This document shows positions 1-12,552 of a stretch of 64,000 nt of DNA, one piece after another. A program made the translations under genes and the position numbers. Numbering within the stretch: the stretch's first letter is position 1; every line of letters starts with the position of its first letter. Under the pieces are notes generated by a model that saw only the letters and a list, made by a program, of their open reading frames with translations, was not told the origin of the DNA and made no database searches. Origin of the DNA: Vicugna vicugna (Eukaryota); contig MU057521.1 of assembly GCA_013265495.1 (NCBI GenBank), forward strand, positions 186,001 to 250,000. Reading direction: 5' to 3'.

Positions 1-214
1 TAATTTGTCCACCAGATGGCAGTATCAGCCCACAGGCTGTCGAACAGTCCAGTAAAAGTTCTTGTAAAACTTTGACATCCTTTATTTGCGCGAAGCTAAG
101 TAAACCTAGGCTTGACCACATTTGTCCCCCGATGTGTTGATACTCTTAACCATTCGCAAATGAAAGACTACTGAAAAGTCCCACATGGACGTTGTTTTGC
201 CGCATTACCGTGAG

Positions 215-590
215 TGAGGCCTGATGGGGCCAGTCGCAGTTCAAGAGTCACCAGGGGCAGGAACTGTTGACGGTCTGGTTACTCCCAGCTGCCCCGGGAG
301 AACCCGGCACATCACGCGGGGCCGCTCAGGGGCGACACCAGGGTGATCACCAGGCGCGGGGGCGGGCGGACGTGGGCTCTAGACAGGTGCCTTTATTGTA
401 GTTTCTATGGAAAAGAAAGGAGGCAGGAAAGCAGGTTTAGGCTTGGCTAATTGGCTAATATCAGCAGGTGGGGGCCGTCCCTGGTTGCCTGGTACCCGGC
501 CCTGGGGCAGTGAGGGGCGTCCTCTGGGATGCGGACTTACTCTTCTGCTCTGGAAGAACTGACAGCCTCGAAACTGGGTCAAGAACCCCC
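215..590 (-). mobile_element. Old ERVL-class solo LTR relic (MER54/MER74-like group), unusually CpG-rich
   Basis: The run cctttattgtagtttc...gcaggtttaggcttggcta...gtccctggttgcctggtacccggccctgggg resembles recalled ERVL LTR consensus. tttatt reads as AATAAA on the minus strand. Boundaries are approximate. Confidence 0.5.
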
Positions 591-1161
591 TCCCCGCCCC
601 ACGCACACACACACCTCCCTGTCTGGTATGTTTCCTTTAAATTTTGTGGCAAGTCCCTTCCTATTTCATACAGATCAAAGTCCTTTCTATCTTGTTGAAA
701 ATGAAGACTCTTTACTGTGTTAAGTCATGGTTAGTGGAAATCAGTTAAACAATCATGTATTATGTAATAGAAAGCAAATTGTGGCTCCTGATAGCAAAAT
801 GATTAAAAAACGGGGAAGGCGCATAAAAATTCAGATGGAAAGGATAAATTCAGGGTAAGAGTGGCACATACATTAAAACATGAAAATTGAAAGCCTGGAG
901 GGACTGGCCTAAGTTTATATCAACACCCCCAGCCCTTCCTCATCCCTCTCCGAATCAGAAGAGGCCTCTACGCCATGCAGAAGTAAATGATCATCTGGCA
1001 AGAGGACCCTTCCCCAAGGCTCTCCATTCTGGTAAAGAGGTGATGGAGGAGGAGCACTCAAATTTATACGCACCTGTGACTCTGGCCACGCAAGTTATTG
1101 CAGTGATTATGACCAGAGAAGCCCTTTCTACAGCAGCTCTCAGGAATACTGCTCATCTGCT

Positions 1162-1817
1162 TGATGCAGGAAAAATGGATGTGGAGCACAAGAAGGGCCA
1201 TGTCCCAGGCTTTGGTTGAGCCCCTGAGACGTGCCCTGCCAGGTGTGGGTCCTTGGCTTCGTGCAAGAAAGAATCCAAAAGCAAGCCACAGTTGAGTAAA
1301 GGTAGATTAATTCAGAGAGATACGTTGAAGGGCAAGAGAAAGGCCACGAGGTGTGGGGGTTGGGTGCTCAGATTAAAAGTAGGTACACGCTCCATAGACT
1401 GAGTGTGGGCTGTCTCTGAATGAAGGGAGGGAGGGAGGGAGGGAGAGAGAGAGAGAGAGAGAGGCTGCCGCCCTGAGGGGCAGTGCTGCCCATTTTTATG
1501 GGCTTTGGTAGTTTCATATGCAAGTAAGTGGAAGGACCAGTCTAACTAGCCTGGGGAAGGGGCTGGGATTCCCAGGAAGTTGGCCATTTCCCCATCTTTG
1601 ACCTTTTGTGGCTAGCCTTGGGACTGCCGTGGTGCCTGTGGGCATGTTATTCACCATGTTAATATATTACAGTGGGCATATAATTAAGGTCTACTAGAAG
1701 TTAAATCTCCCACCATCTTGAGCCTCAAGGCCTCCTGAGGGTTGAATCTTGCACCATTTTGATGTTAATTGCTGTAGCATTCCTTGAATGGCTGTACCCT
1801 GCCCCCTTCCTGTCTCC
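1162..1817 (-). mobile_element. ERV1 solo LTR, MER41-like
   Basis: Starts TG and ends tgtctcc (expected ..tctca). Exact 4-bp TSD TGCT at 1158-1161 and 1818-1821. The block ggggaaggggctgggattcccaggaag...catgttaatatattac...ccaccatcttg is colinear with MER41 consensus as recalled. Confidence 0.85.
1424..1463 (+). repeat. (GGGA)n(GA)n purine microsatellite inside the LTR
   Basis: Seen directly. Confidence 0.95.
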
Positions 1818-2566
1818 TGCTCTTGGATTTACCTGAGGCACATCAGTCAGGGAGGGAGACTGACCAATTCAATGAGTTGTAAAGAAAGAATAGACCCATT
1901 TTAGAGATAGAATTGTAGTGGGAGATACACAGCATTTAATCCAAAGTGTAGATTTCTACCTTATTTCTAATCTTTTTTCACATTCACTTTTTAATTATGT
2001 CCCACAATGTTCAGTTCAATATTGAAATTTTCAAGTCATTTAAAATAGTTCATTGTGATTGCAGATTTTGGTTCTGGTTTTGATTTTTATTTTAACTTTT
2101 CTATTCAGTTACCTTGTGATTTGAAATCATGTAGAATGTATTTTCCTGGCATGTCCAAGTCTGCGTTGACAAGGCTTTCACAATGAGTGTGGTAGGTTTT
2201 CTGGACACAGACACACCATCCTCCTGTGGTAGTCACCCAAATGAGGCAAAGGAAACTGTATAACAAACTATATCTAAGCTTTTTGAAGGCAAGGATGCTT
2301 GTCTGTTTTGTCTATTTCCTGTGTGCGCTGCCCAGAATTGAGCATGACACTATTAGATCTTCGATGCTTTTATTTCCTTGAATGCATTAGAACCAATTTC
2401 ACTAATTTCACTTGTCTATAAATTGCTGTTTTGAAGAAATGGGAAAAAAATCAAGATTGAGTCAGAGGAGAGTCTCAAGAGGAAAATGTATGCAGCTTCA
2501 AATTACATACAAAAATAATATTTAGAGGGTGAAAAGGATAGACTTTGGAAGCTGCAGTGTAAGAGT

Positions 2567-3087
2567 TGTTACTGAGTCCAGGCTCATACTGTGTGCCACA
2601 CTGTGGGCTGGTAAATCATGAGATGAGTTGTTGGGGCAAGGAATAGTGACTTTATTTGGAAAGCCAGCAGACAGAGAAGATGGTGGACTAGTGTCTCAAA
2701 GAGCCATCTTACTTGAGTTAGAATTCAGGCTTCTTTTATACTAACAGGGGACAGAGGGGCATGGCTGGTTGTTGCAAACTTCTTGGTGCTAGGACCCTTT
2801 GTTCTTAGCGCTGTCCAAGGACGTCTGTTCACAAGGTTCCTATAAACCTCCAAGGAGACAAATGTTATTCTATGTTCTGCAACTTTTTAATCTGCATATG
2901 GTTAGAAAAGTGTTACACCTTTTAAAGGTCAGAGCCTTGTGAATGGGCTATCCTGAATGTTTCAGGCCATAGGCAACATTCTTGTACAAGTGGTGTGGGG
3001 CCAGCATGACGAAGCGCAGGCAACAGAGCACAGAGGTCAGAGCTAAAGGAATGATCCAATATGGAGTCAGGTTTGTTCTCCGTTGCA
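2567..3087 (-). mobile_element. ERV1-class solo LTR
   Basis: TG...CA termini (tgttactgag...ccgttgca). Near-TSD gagt/gaat. Minus-strand AATAAA (~2652) and TATAAAA (~2734) are in LTR order. Confidence 0.85.
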
Positions 3088-3964
3088 GAATGACTTGCAG
3101 TCAACTCTAAAAAAAAGGATAAAGATAACTGAACTGGTAAGGTAAAGATAACAGAATTTGGTAAGGATAGTTTTGCTGAAAGAGTGGAACATAAATTTCT
3201 TTTAAAAAAAAGCACTTGGCTGTTTGCTTCCTTTTTGTTTCCCCAGTGCCTGGAACAGTGCAGAACCTGTGGTTCACGTACAGTAATTAAGTGTCTCCTA
3301 CAAGATTAAGGAAGGAGAGATAGAGAACACTGTTCTGAAAACAAATAATTGAGTTCATAGTTTGGAACTCACTGACAATAACAAGAGAATGAGCCCAATA
3401 ATGAAAAGGAGTGTGAAAACGTTGGTCAATGGGCATATTTTAAAAATAATAATAATAAAAACCATCAAGGATACTGATCAATTGGGAAGAGCCAAGAAAG
3501 GCTAGCCTGGATAATGTGGATCTCTAATTTATGACATAAATTCCTTGGGTTTTTAAAATCAGCTCTGATAGCATCTTATACTTCATTACTGTTTTCCTTC
3601 TAGATCTGGGTATTTCTGTATCTATCTTCCCCCATTATTGTGACTGCTTTTCTCTGTGGGCAAAGCCAAGTTATACTTGCATCTTTGAAGAGACAGTAAT
3701 TCTGTAGTTGCAGAGTAATTACTTTTCTACCTTCCATAGTAAATTTTCTCTTAAAACACTACCTACAGTGTGAAATTGAGTAGATATCTGATGGAGCTCA
3801 GCCCATTTATTTCTCCCCTCAAAATCATTAAGTTTGAGTCACATTGAAAGCTATACTGACATTAAATAATGCATTCTATTGCTTTCAATTGCTTTTCTAC
3901 CTACTCATTATCCAGGGAGAAAAGCACCTCATGGTCCTTCACGTTTGGAGCTTGTGTGTTTTAA

Positions 3965-3966
<2 letters not shown>

Positions 3967-3996
<30 letters not shown>
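3967..3996 (+). repeat. (CA)15 microsatellite
   Basis: Seen directly. Confidence 0.97.
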
Positions 3997-3999
<3 letters not shown>

Positions 4000-5779
4000 T
4001 ATACCATTTTATAATTAATAAGTAATAGCAACACAAAGAAGAGAACAGCTGGACTTATTGGGCACTTGGGTTACAATGAGTAATTCTTGTGATCAGGGAT
4101 GTTATTAGCAATTGGGTTTTTTGAGTGTTATTTAATTTGGCACTAATTTTCCATCACAAGTGCTTGCTACATTATAATTTATTTTGCCTTTCATAAAATT
4201 GTCTTAATTATACAGAAAATGTTAGCACTGTGGTTGGCTTTTAATTAGCATATTCCAAGAAGAGAACTGAATCCAAGCTGGGATATACAGGTATTGATTT
4301 TCTGCCTTCTATGCCACAGGGTCAGATATAATGTGCATGTTGTTTGTATTAATATATATTCCTACCAATGGCATTGAAATCTGTCACTCTTATTGATTCC
4401 TGTTCTAAAATAGCCAGTGCCTATTGATTTAGGCAGAAAAATTATTGGGATGGGTTTAGCACTTACTTGCCATGACTTATAGTCAATACCTGACCTATTG
4501 AACAGACATTCATAATATTGCACTTTATGCATACCCACCAAAGTACAAAGCACGCAGAAAGATACAGTGGATGGGTACATTCAAAGTGGCCTGTAGACCA
4601 CCTGTCCTTGTGGGTTGTTTTCTGAATGGATCTCCAGCGGGGCTGGAGGGAAATTGTGTACAGTTGTGAGGGTGTCTAGCAAAGCGTGTGTAGCAGGAGC
4701 TATGGTACTGAAATATTATCCTGGAAGTGTCTGGAATTTATAAGAAAATCCCCACACTAAGACCACTGGATATAAGGGACTTTCTGGGTTCCTGCTGACA
4801 ATACAGGTAGAATGTGGCTAAATGTGAAAACGCAGCAGACATGCATCTAAAAACTTCTCGGGTGATAAAATCTATTTCCTATTTCTCAACAAATATTAGA
4901 TTTTATCCATTATTCTGAAATTACCCCACTCTCAGATGAATGCAGAGCTAGAAAGCAGGGATACCACACCCTATGAACTCTCTGGAACCAGAACCACTCA
5001 GAGTTAGTCCCGTTCTAGCTCGACCTTTATATTTGTTTAATTCTGACCGGACCTCAGACTTTCACATTTAGCCTTTTGTCTTGTATCCACTAGTGCATTG
5101 CATTCCATGGCCTTGGAACTAACTAATATCTTTTGGCTGGTCTCTATTTTCTGATGTTAACCCTGATAATTTTACATAGCTTCTCCTGGTTATGGCCTGT
5201 CTGATGCCCGTAAGAACCTGATCTTACAACTTCCCATGATTTTGCACAAGAAAGAGAAGAAAACATGCTTTCCATCTTCAGTAAAGCACCTGAAGGTGAT
5301 TCTGGGGCAATGAGCAAACTTCAAATATGAAACTTTCGTTTCCAGAACTCCTACGATTTTTCTTGTTTCTTGAGAGAAGTGTAATTGGGAAGGAAAATTA
5401 ATCTTGAGCAAGTCTGTCACTTAAGGTTCATTTCACTGATTTGTGTAACGATCTTGATTTAAAGTCTTAAAGTTATACTAATCTGTAAAATCTCTATCTA
5501 ACTACATTAGTAATTCAATCAAATTTTATTATGAATTAGGATTTTCAGGCCTGTGGTTGTAGGCAGTTTGGTATCTGTGAAACACTTGGGTAACTGGTGG
5601 TTAGATAATAGAGTCTGGGTTGAATCTTGATGCATCATATTCTCAAATATTTAAGAATGTTGAATTTAGTTGCTCTTGGGTGAATTTCACTGTGTACATC
5701 CCCAAAGTAAGAATCTTCCTGGTGTCATCCTTTTAAACATGATTCTCTCTTTTTTAAAAAAAATCACAAAAATGTGGGA

Positions 5780-5893
5780 GCATTGATCAAAAGCCAGTCT
5801 TTGGAGGTAAATAACCTTGCTTTAACTTGACTCCACCAGTTAGTGACTCTGAACTTTGGCAAGTCATTCAGTTTTTCTAAGGATATTCCCTCA
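5780..5893 (+). mobile_element. MIR SINE fragment
   Basis: actccaccagttagtgactctgaactttggcaagtcattc resembles the MIR core. Confidence 0.55.
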
Positions 5894-5895
5894 GT

Positions 5896-6690
5896 GTCAT
5901 CAGGGACTGCAAATCAAAACCACAATGAGATACCACGTCACATCTCTTAGGCCCACTATTATTTAAAAAACAAATGATACTGAGTGATGGAGAGGATGTG
6001 GAAAAAAGGGAATCTTGGTACACAAATGATGGGAATGTAAATTGGTACAGCCTTTATGAAAAACAGTACAGAGTTTCCTCAAAAACTTAAAAATAGAAAT
6101 ACCATATGATACAGCAATCCTACTTTTGGATATTTATGCAAAGAACTGAAGTCAGTATTTCAGAGAGATACCTGCACTCCCATGATCATTGCAGCATTAT
6201 TCACAATAGCCAAGATACGAAAACAATCTCTATATCCATCAGCAGATTAATGGATAAATGCAATGTGATATATACATACAATAGAGTATTAGCCTTAAAA
6301 AAAGAAATTCTTCCATTTGCTATACATAGGTGGACCTGGAGGAGACTATGCTAAGTAAAATAAGCCAGGCATAGAAAGACAAATACTGTATGATCTCAGA
6401 CTCACAGAAACAAGGAATAGAATGGTGATTTCCAGAGGCTGGGGGCAGGGGAAGTGGGGAAATGATGGTCAAGGGTACTAAATGTCAGTTATGTAAGACA
6501 AATTCTGACATCCACTATACAGCTTAGTGTCTACCGCTAATACTTAAATACAGTTATGTATAACTATACATAGCTATGCAGTTATAACTATATATAGTTA
6601 TGTATTACATGTATATATACAGTTATATGTTGTACTTAAAATTTGTTAAGATGGTAGATCTTACATCAAATATTCCTAACCACAGAAATA
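5896..6690 (+). mobile_element. 5'-truncated L1 (L1MA9-like ORF2 end and 3'UTR)
   Basis: Contains gcaaatcaaaaccacaatgagataccac, gcagcattattcacaatagccaagata and gtagatctta, all L1 3' landmarks. Confidence 0.92.
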
Positions 6691-8834
6691 ATTAAATTAC
6701 AAAGTTACAAATCAAGCTTACACACCCATAAGTAAAATATATTTGTGGATGGAATATTTATTGATTCAAGACATTCCTTGCAGTCTGCATGACATTTAAA
6801 ATGTTTTAATATTTGTTCATAAAAACAAAAATAAAAAAATAACTGCATGCCAGAAAAGGAACATTTCCACCATGCATAGTAGCTTTTTGGAACATTTCAG
6901 GTACCCAGATGTCACTGAAGACCAACAGCTATTAAAAGATGCCGTGAGATATAAGACAAAAACATTGTCCACCTTGTGGCCAGCATCTGTGTCCCTTGGG
7001 GCTATTCAGTTGTGAATGTTGAAGTCTTTATTAACATTTCCCCTAAGGGCCAGAGCAAGAGATTAAGTAAAATATAGAGCAAAGTGATTTTTAATCCCAC
7101 AATTGGCCCTAAGAAATTGTATTTAAACTTACCTAGAAGCAATGAATCTTTTTAACCTCTTTACAAAAATTACTCCACAGTTTGCTTAGTCCTTTGTTAG
7201 GGCAATTTAGTTTATAATCTATAAGCAAAATTCTGTTTGCATAAGCATACACATACTCATACATGCACACACATATTTCTACTGTATGATCAGACTAAAT
7301 GCATCGTTAATTACATAACGGATAGAGAAAATAGCCAAGTCGCAGGTCTTATCCAAGGATGGATGTGTCATTATCGTGCTGCTGACCCCACACACTCGCT
7401 GTTGTCCGTCTCTGCCAGACACGAGTCCCAGTGCCAGTGAGCCAGTTCTCTGCCGAACTCAAGAAGTGATCATCATCCTGTGTAGACGCATCTTCTCCCA
7501 TCTGGGTCTCAATGAAATTTGATAATTGTGTTACTTTTTTTGGTGAGAGAAAGCCATTTCACAGCATCACGTGAAGGAAGCAGTGCATTCACACTTTCAG
7601 ATGCTGATCACTTGGCAGCATTTTGTCTTGGGCTATGAGGCAAGTATCCTTGGGTACCAGTGTGCTTATTATGGGCTTTCTGATTGCACTGCATTCCTAG
7701 ACACAAAGTTTCATTTACGATATCAGGTCAGATGTCTTCTGTGCTCCAGCAGCTTTTTTTCAGGACTGTTCACGAAATGGAAAGTTATTTCAATGTCACG
7801 TTTTACAAGAAAAGAAAGCTTTATAAATAGCATTTATTTTCCTGCAGGAGAATAATCACTTAAAAATGGTAATTATCTAAAACACTGAAAAATTCAGCCA
7901 TCACTGAACAGGTTTCAGTCTTTTGATATTAAATACATGGACAGGCTCTTAATAGCATTAGAAATAATGAAAAATTTCATAATTGGCATAACATTTTTTG
8001 TTGTATCAGTATTTCAGATTCTACAGAAGATTACCAAAATCAAAATAACAAATTATGAACGATTAAGCTTAAAAAAAAACAAAAATAAATATTGCATATC
8101 CATAATAATGGGGATTAAAATGAAGGTCATCTTATGTATTTTTTACACAACATTCTTTGTTCTGTGGGTTTTACATATCATCAAAATCAGAATAAAAAGT
8201 AAAGAACATTTCTGATCATTGCCAAGAATTGCTTTAAGATTTCCAATTCTCTTGTTGCTTTTATTATAAGAAGTAAAAAAATCTGTGCTATTTCTTAAAG
8301 TCTAAAAGTTGTTCTTAACCAGATATACGCTACAGCATTTACAACAAAAGTCTATAGTTTCTTTATCAAATATGCAGATGTTTATTTTAATTTAATGTGG
8401 TGTTTTCGATTCAATTAAGAGTTTCCCTCAAGGGTGAACTGTTTTATGAATCAGTTCTGATGCTTGCCCACTTCTTACTATTTTTGATCTCAGTATGTCC
8501 TTTAAAACCTAATGTATAAAATCATGTAGAAAATTTGTGTTGCACATACCATTTGGGTCACAGTAGTCTTACTGTGTTTTTTTTTTTTCTCTCTCATAGA
8601 AATGCTTTGATGTTATGATGATATTTATGTAGATCTATGGGTCATCCCCCTTGATAACAGACAGTAAATAACAAGAATAATATAAACAATTTCAGCAGAT
8701 CTATGTCCTAACTGAATTCACAGGCTTCAATTAAGGAACCTCAGATTATTTTTTCCTGTGTGTGGTGAATAGGCTTTACGCAAACAGGAAAACTGGTGAG
8801 CTGTTGCCTTTGAAGTGGGATGATGGCCTCACCG

Positions 8835-8912
8835 GCTGGCACCTCAGTCTCCTCTTTGGCAAAATGAGGTGATTGAATGAGATGATCTTGGACTCCATTT
8901 CACCTCTGATGG
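8835..8912 (+). mobile_element. MIR fragment
   Basis: cctcagtctcctctttggcaaaatgagg...agatgatct MIR core. Confidence 0.55.
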
Positions 8913-9182
8913 TTTATAATTAAATGTAACTGTTATAATGATGTTGATAATAATTCTTCTGAAACAATCCACTTCAAACTGTGCTCTTCAAGCCATAGGA
9001 GTATTAGAAGGTGCTTAAGAGTTGTCACAAGGTTGTTAATCAATTAACTGGATTTAAGACTGCTCAGAACAGTTCCTCTCAAACTTGCTTAATATGTTAA
9101 TGCATTCATGTGTGAGTACATTTAAAGAATATAGAGACAGAACACATATGTACGTGTGGATGTTTGCATGTGTGTCTACGCA

Positions 9183-9315
9183 TGCTGTCCAGTATGGTAG
9201 CTGTTAGCCACCTGAGGCTGCTGAGCTCTTGAAATGTGACCAGTGAGACTGAGGAACTGAATTTTTATTTAATTTAATTTTAATTTAGATTATTTTCTAA
9301 GATGTTGGACAGCAC
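9183..9315 (+). mobile_element. MER3/MER33-like hAT-Charlie element
   Basis: TIR-like ends tgctgtcca.../...tggacagca and internal gagactgaggaactgaatttt. Confidence 0.8.
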
Positions 9316-9379
9316 AACGATAGGATTTTTTGAGCTAAATAAATTGGCCACAATTTCTTATTATAAGCCATTTCTTTTC

Positions 9380-9635
9380 TTTGAAGTTTTAGTCCCCAAT
9401 TTACTTTTTATTTATACTCATTCTATTTACTTATTAAGATATAATTCACATATAACATATATTAGTTTTAGGGGTACAACATAATGATTTGATATTTGTA
9501 TATATTGCAAAATGATCACAATATAAAATGCTAAATAAGTCCTGGGGGATGTAATGTACAGCATGATGACTATGGTTAGTAATACTGTACTGTAAATTTA
9601 AAAGTTGCTAACATAATAGATCTTAAAAGTTCTTA
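9380..9635 (-). mobile_element. Short L1 3' end with inverted 5' part (twin-priming type)
   Basis: 9420-9525 is the extreme L1 3' end on the minus strand. 9527-9635 is the adjacent upstream L1 3'UTR on the plus strand. A degenerate TSD lies at 9355-9371 and 9630-9646. Confidence 0.8.
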
Positions 9636-9774
9636 TTATTAGCAATCTTTAAACATTAGCTGAAGACTAATTAAAAGAGTTACTTTATAGGCAATTTAAG
9701 CATCAAATGAATAATTGTACTGGGTAACTGAATTCCACTTCATACTTAAAATCCTGAAATTCTTTTGCTCAGAT

Positions 9775-10010
9775 TATGAAACGAGCACAGACGTTAAATC
9801 AGACAAATCCTGCTTGAATTCTAGCTTTCCAGCTTGGTAGCAGAGGGTCGTATGTACAGGTGAATTACTAACATCTGTAACCCTCAGCTTCTTTGGTCAA
9901 GTGAGGACAAAAATTCCAATCTCACAGGACTGCTGTGTAGATTAAGGAAAATAATACATATGGAATCCCTGATGCAGTGCCTTATGAAATCGATTTTCTA
10001 CAGATGTTAT
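9775..10010 (+). mobile_element. MIR SINE
   Basis: tcagacaaatcctgcttgaattctagct...cctcagcttc...ctcacaggactgctgtgtagattaag. Confidence 0.7.
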
Positions 10011-10416
10011 TTCACCTTTCTGTGTAGTTATAAAACATGTAACTGAGGCATGTTTAATTCATCTTTTCAAATGTATAGGTAAATTACATCTTTAACTAGC
10101 GTTGAGGATGGAAAAAATAAAAATGATAAAAATCTGTTAAACTAGAGTTTTACTTCTCCAGTTCTGACTTCTAGTTTGATGACTAATTGTCCAGGTATAT
10201 CCCAAGACTGGGGAAACAAGGAAATGGAGAATAAAGATCTCCTGTTGCAGTTTAATATAAAGAGTACAGATTTGAATCTTGTAAATATATCCACTGCCAC
10301 TAGCCATAATGCAGCTGCCAAGCCTAGAAGATGCTTGTCATTGAGTCTTTGAAGGCTTGCGCATATGCTGTTGTGGGCACACAATTCCTTTCTCCACTTG
10401 GCCTCTTCTCCAGCAG

Positions 10417-10457
10417 GTATATATCAACCTTTATGACATCTCAGGAAGAGAGTTCAG
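10417..10457 (+). other. Candidate exon 1 of a putative spliced transcript
   Basis: Pyrimidine tract with NAGNAG acceptor (ttctccacttggcctcttctccagcag) and donor CAG|gtaaac. ATG at 10433, with an in-frame ATG at 10331. Confidence 0.3.
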
Positions 10458-12552
10458 GTAAACAGCACTGTGACAGGTGCTGTCCAGAATCAACCATAGG
10501 TGGACAGTCTTTTTAAATTAGAAAGCTACTTCTTGAGCAAAATTCTGAGTAAGAAACACTGAAAGGAGACTCTGTTTTCTATTACCTATTAAATTTAATG
10601 CTCTAAGCATGCCCTGATACCCACAAATGTGAGACCTGAACACAAATTTCCAGGTTATGTATATTTTCCACTTATTCTTGATACTAAATTCCAGTTCACA
10701 GATTTGCACCCTAAATGCTTAAGAAAAAACAGTTCAGAAATTTTACTCTAGGTGATATATTCAAAAAACTGAATTTCCTTGTAGTTGAAAATCAGGAGTA
10801 TAAAATATAATTTTGTTTTATAGTATCTGGTTATATACTTCTTCCTTTGGAAAGGACTGTTATTTCTATATTTCTTCGGATAACTTCAAAACCTAAGTGC
10901 TAAACTCCTCCCTTGGGACTCTCTTTGAAACCATTTGGCATAAAACAGATTTGTTCAATGAATCTCAGTAGACTCACAAAACATTTCACTAGGTCAACAA
11001 AAAGTAATATTTTTATGCTGGAGGAACAGTGCCTCTCAGAGGACTAATAAAAGTCCAGACTTGTTTTACCACTAAAGATGTATTAGTAATTAGTGGCCTG
11101 TTTACAGAGGGAGACTTGCACTGACATTTGGGAAGGTGTGTCTGAGAAGACAGTTCCAATTGACTTCAAAATGCAAAATGGCCCCACGGTAAACGCTGAT
11201 TTACCAAGATGACTTGTATGTAAACATCCTGGGCCTCTTCTGAGGCGGCCTGTCCTGTAGAGAACCTGTCTGTCAATTTCTGAGGCTCTGCAAAACCACA
11301 CAATGCAAAGCCCCCTGCTTATTCTAAAAACAGTGAGTATAATTAGCCTTGAAAATCAATGTTTCCGTTTATCAGGATGACAAAATAACTTGTTAAATAG
11401 TATGCTTAATTTACATACCCAAGAGGCAACAAAAGCTTCATCTACCATTTATTTGATCATATCCTTTTAGGAGAAAAAAATGCAGTTCATTGGCCGTCTG
11501 CCACGCTCTAAAATATAGGACGTAATTAGAACCATACTGTTGTCATGTTTTCATAGCAAAATACAATCTGCTTTCAGACTGAATACACCATTATCTTATC
11601 TGGAGCTGCTTTATTCATAATTATTATGATATTTATGCCTCTGGGTGAAATTAAGAAAATATGAATTAACTGAAAATGGATTTCACATATAGCATCTTAT
11701 TTAGAAATACAACAAAAATGTTTAGAAATTAGACAACAAAATGTTTAGAAATCAAAAATGTTCAAAAATTAAAATAAATATTATATGTATATATGCATAT
11801 ATGTAAAAATCCTTTACTTTTTTGTATAGGGCAAAAATAATATGCAACAGTAAATGTTATTTTTTAACATAATTAATGCCAGTGACATATCCATAACTAA
11901 TTTTTTCAAGTGATATGAAACAATAGTAATTTAAAGAATTTTACTCCAAATTACAGTAATTCAATTTCCCCATGTACAAAAGATTTTACTGGAATTATAC
12001 CATTATTAAAATATTTTGAGGGCTAGAAGCAAAAACCTAACCAACTAATGAGAAAATATGAAAAATTTAAAGAAAGGTATGAACTTACGTGTCTGTTGCT
12101 TCGTTATTTCTACATTTCATCTTTGGATGTAGGTTACACTTTTTTTTTTCATTTTAAAACAAAGTTCCTATGCCATTTGTTTATTCTCCTAAGACACAAA
12201 GTAATACTAATCTGTTTAGTATTTCAATCATCACACCATGTTCAATTCACTCAGATCCTTTGTGGATACTAATTCTGCCTCAATCGTCTGATTCCCCAAA
12301 CCAAAAATGTTGCAAGCCTTTAAAATGTTTTCCAATAATAGGTGAATTTGTCAGGAAACTGGAATATTTGAAATCACTGACACCAGTACATTCTTTCCTG
12401 GTAGACAGACCTACCTGGGAAGAAACTTATTACAAGAAATCAGCTTTAGTAGCATGACCTTAGAATCAAGGATGGTAATTTTTGGCATCAGGATAAAATA
12501 GCATCATAATATGGTGCTATTTATAATGGAAATGAGAATTTAATTACATTTA

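Noticed and set aside
10417..10457. Alternative frame VYINLYDISGREF resembling a small-GTPase G3 motif
   Set aside because: No P-loop or other G-box exons were found, and splicing to 14185 in this frame stops after three codons.
11108..11188. 81-nt AG/GT-bounded segment reading RETCTDIWEGVSEKTVPIDFKMQNGPT, faintly like the PRPF3 C-terminal C..VWEG...PT motif
   Set aside because: The resemblance is short and from memory, with no flanking similarity. The acceptor is weak and the frame does not fit neighbouring candidate exons.
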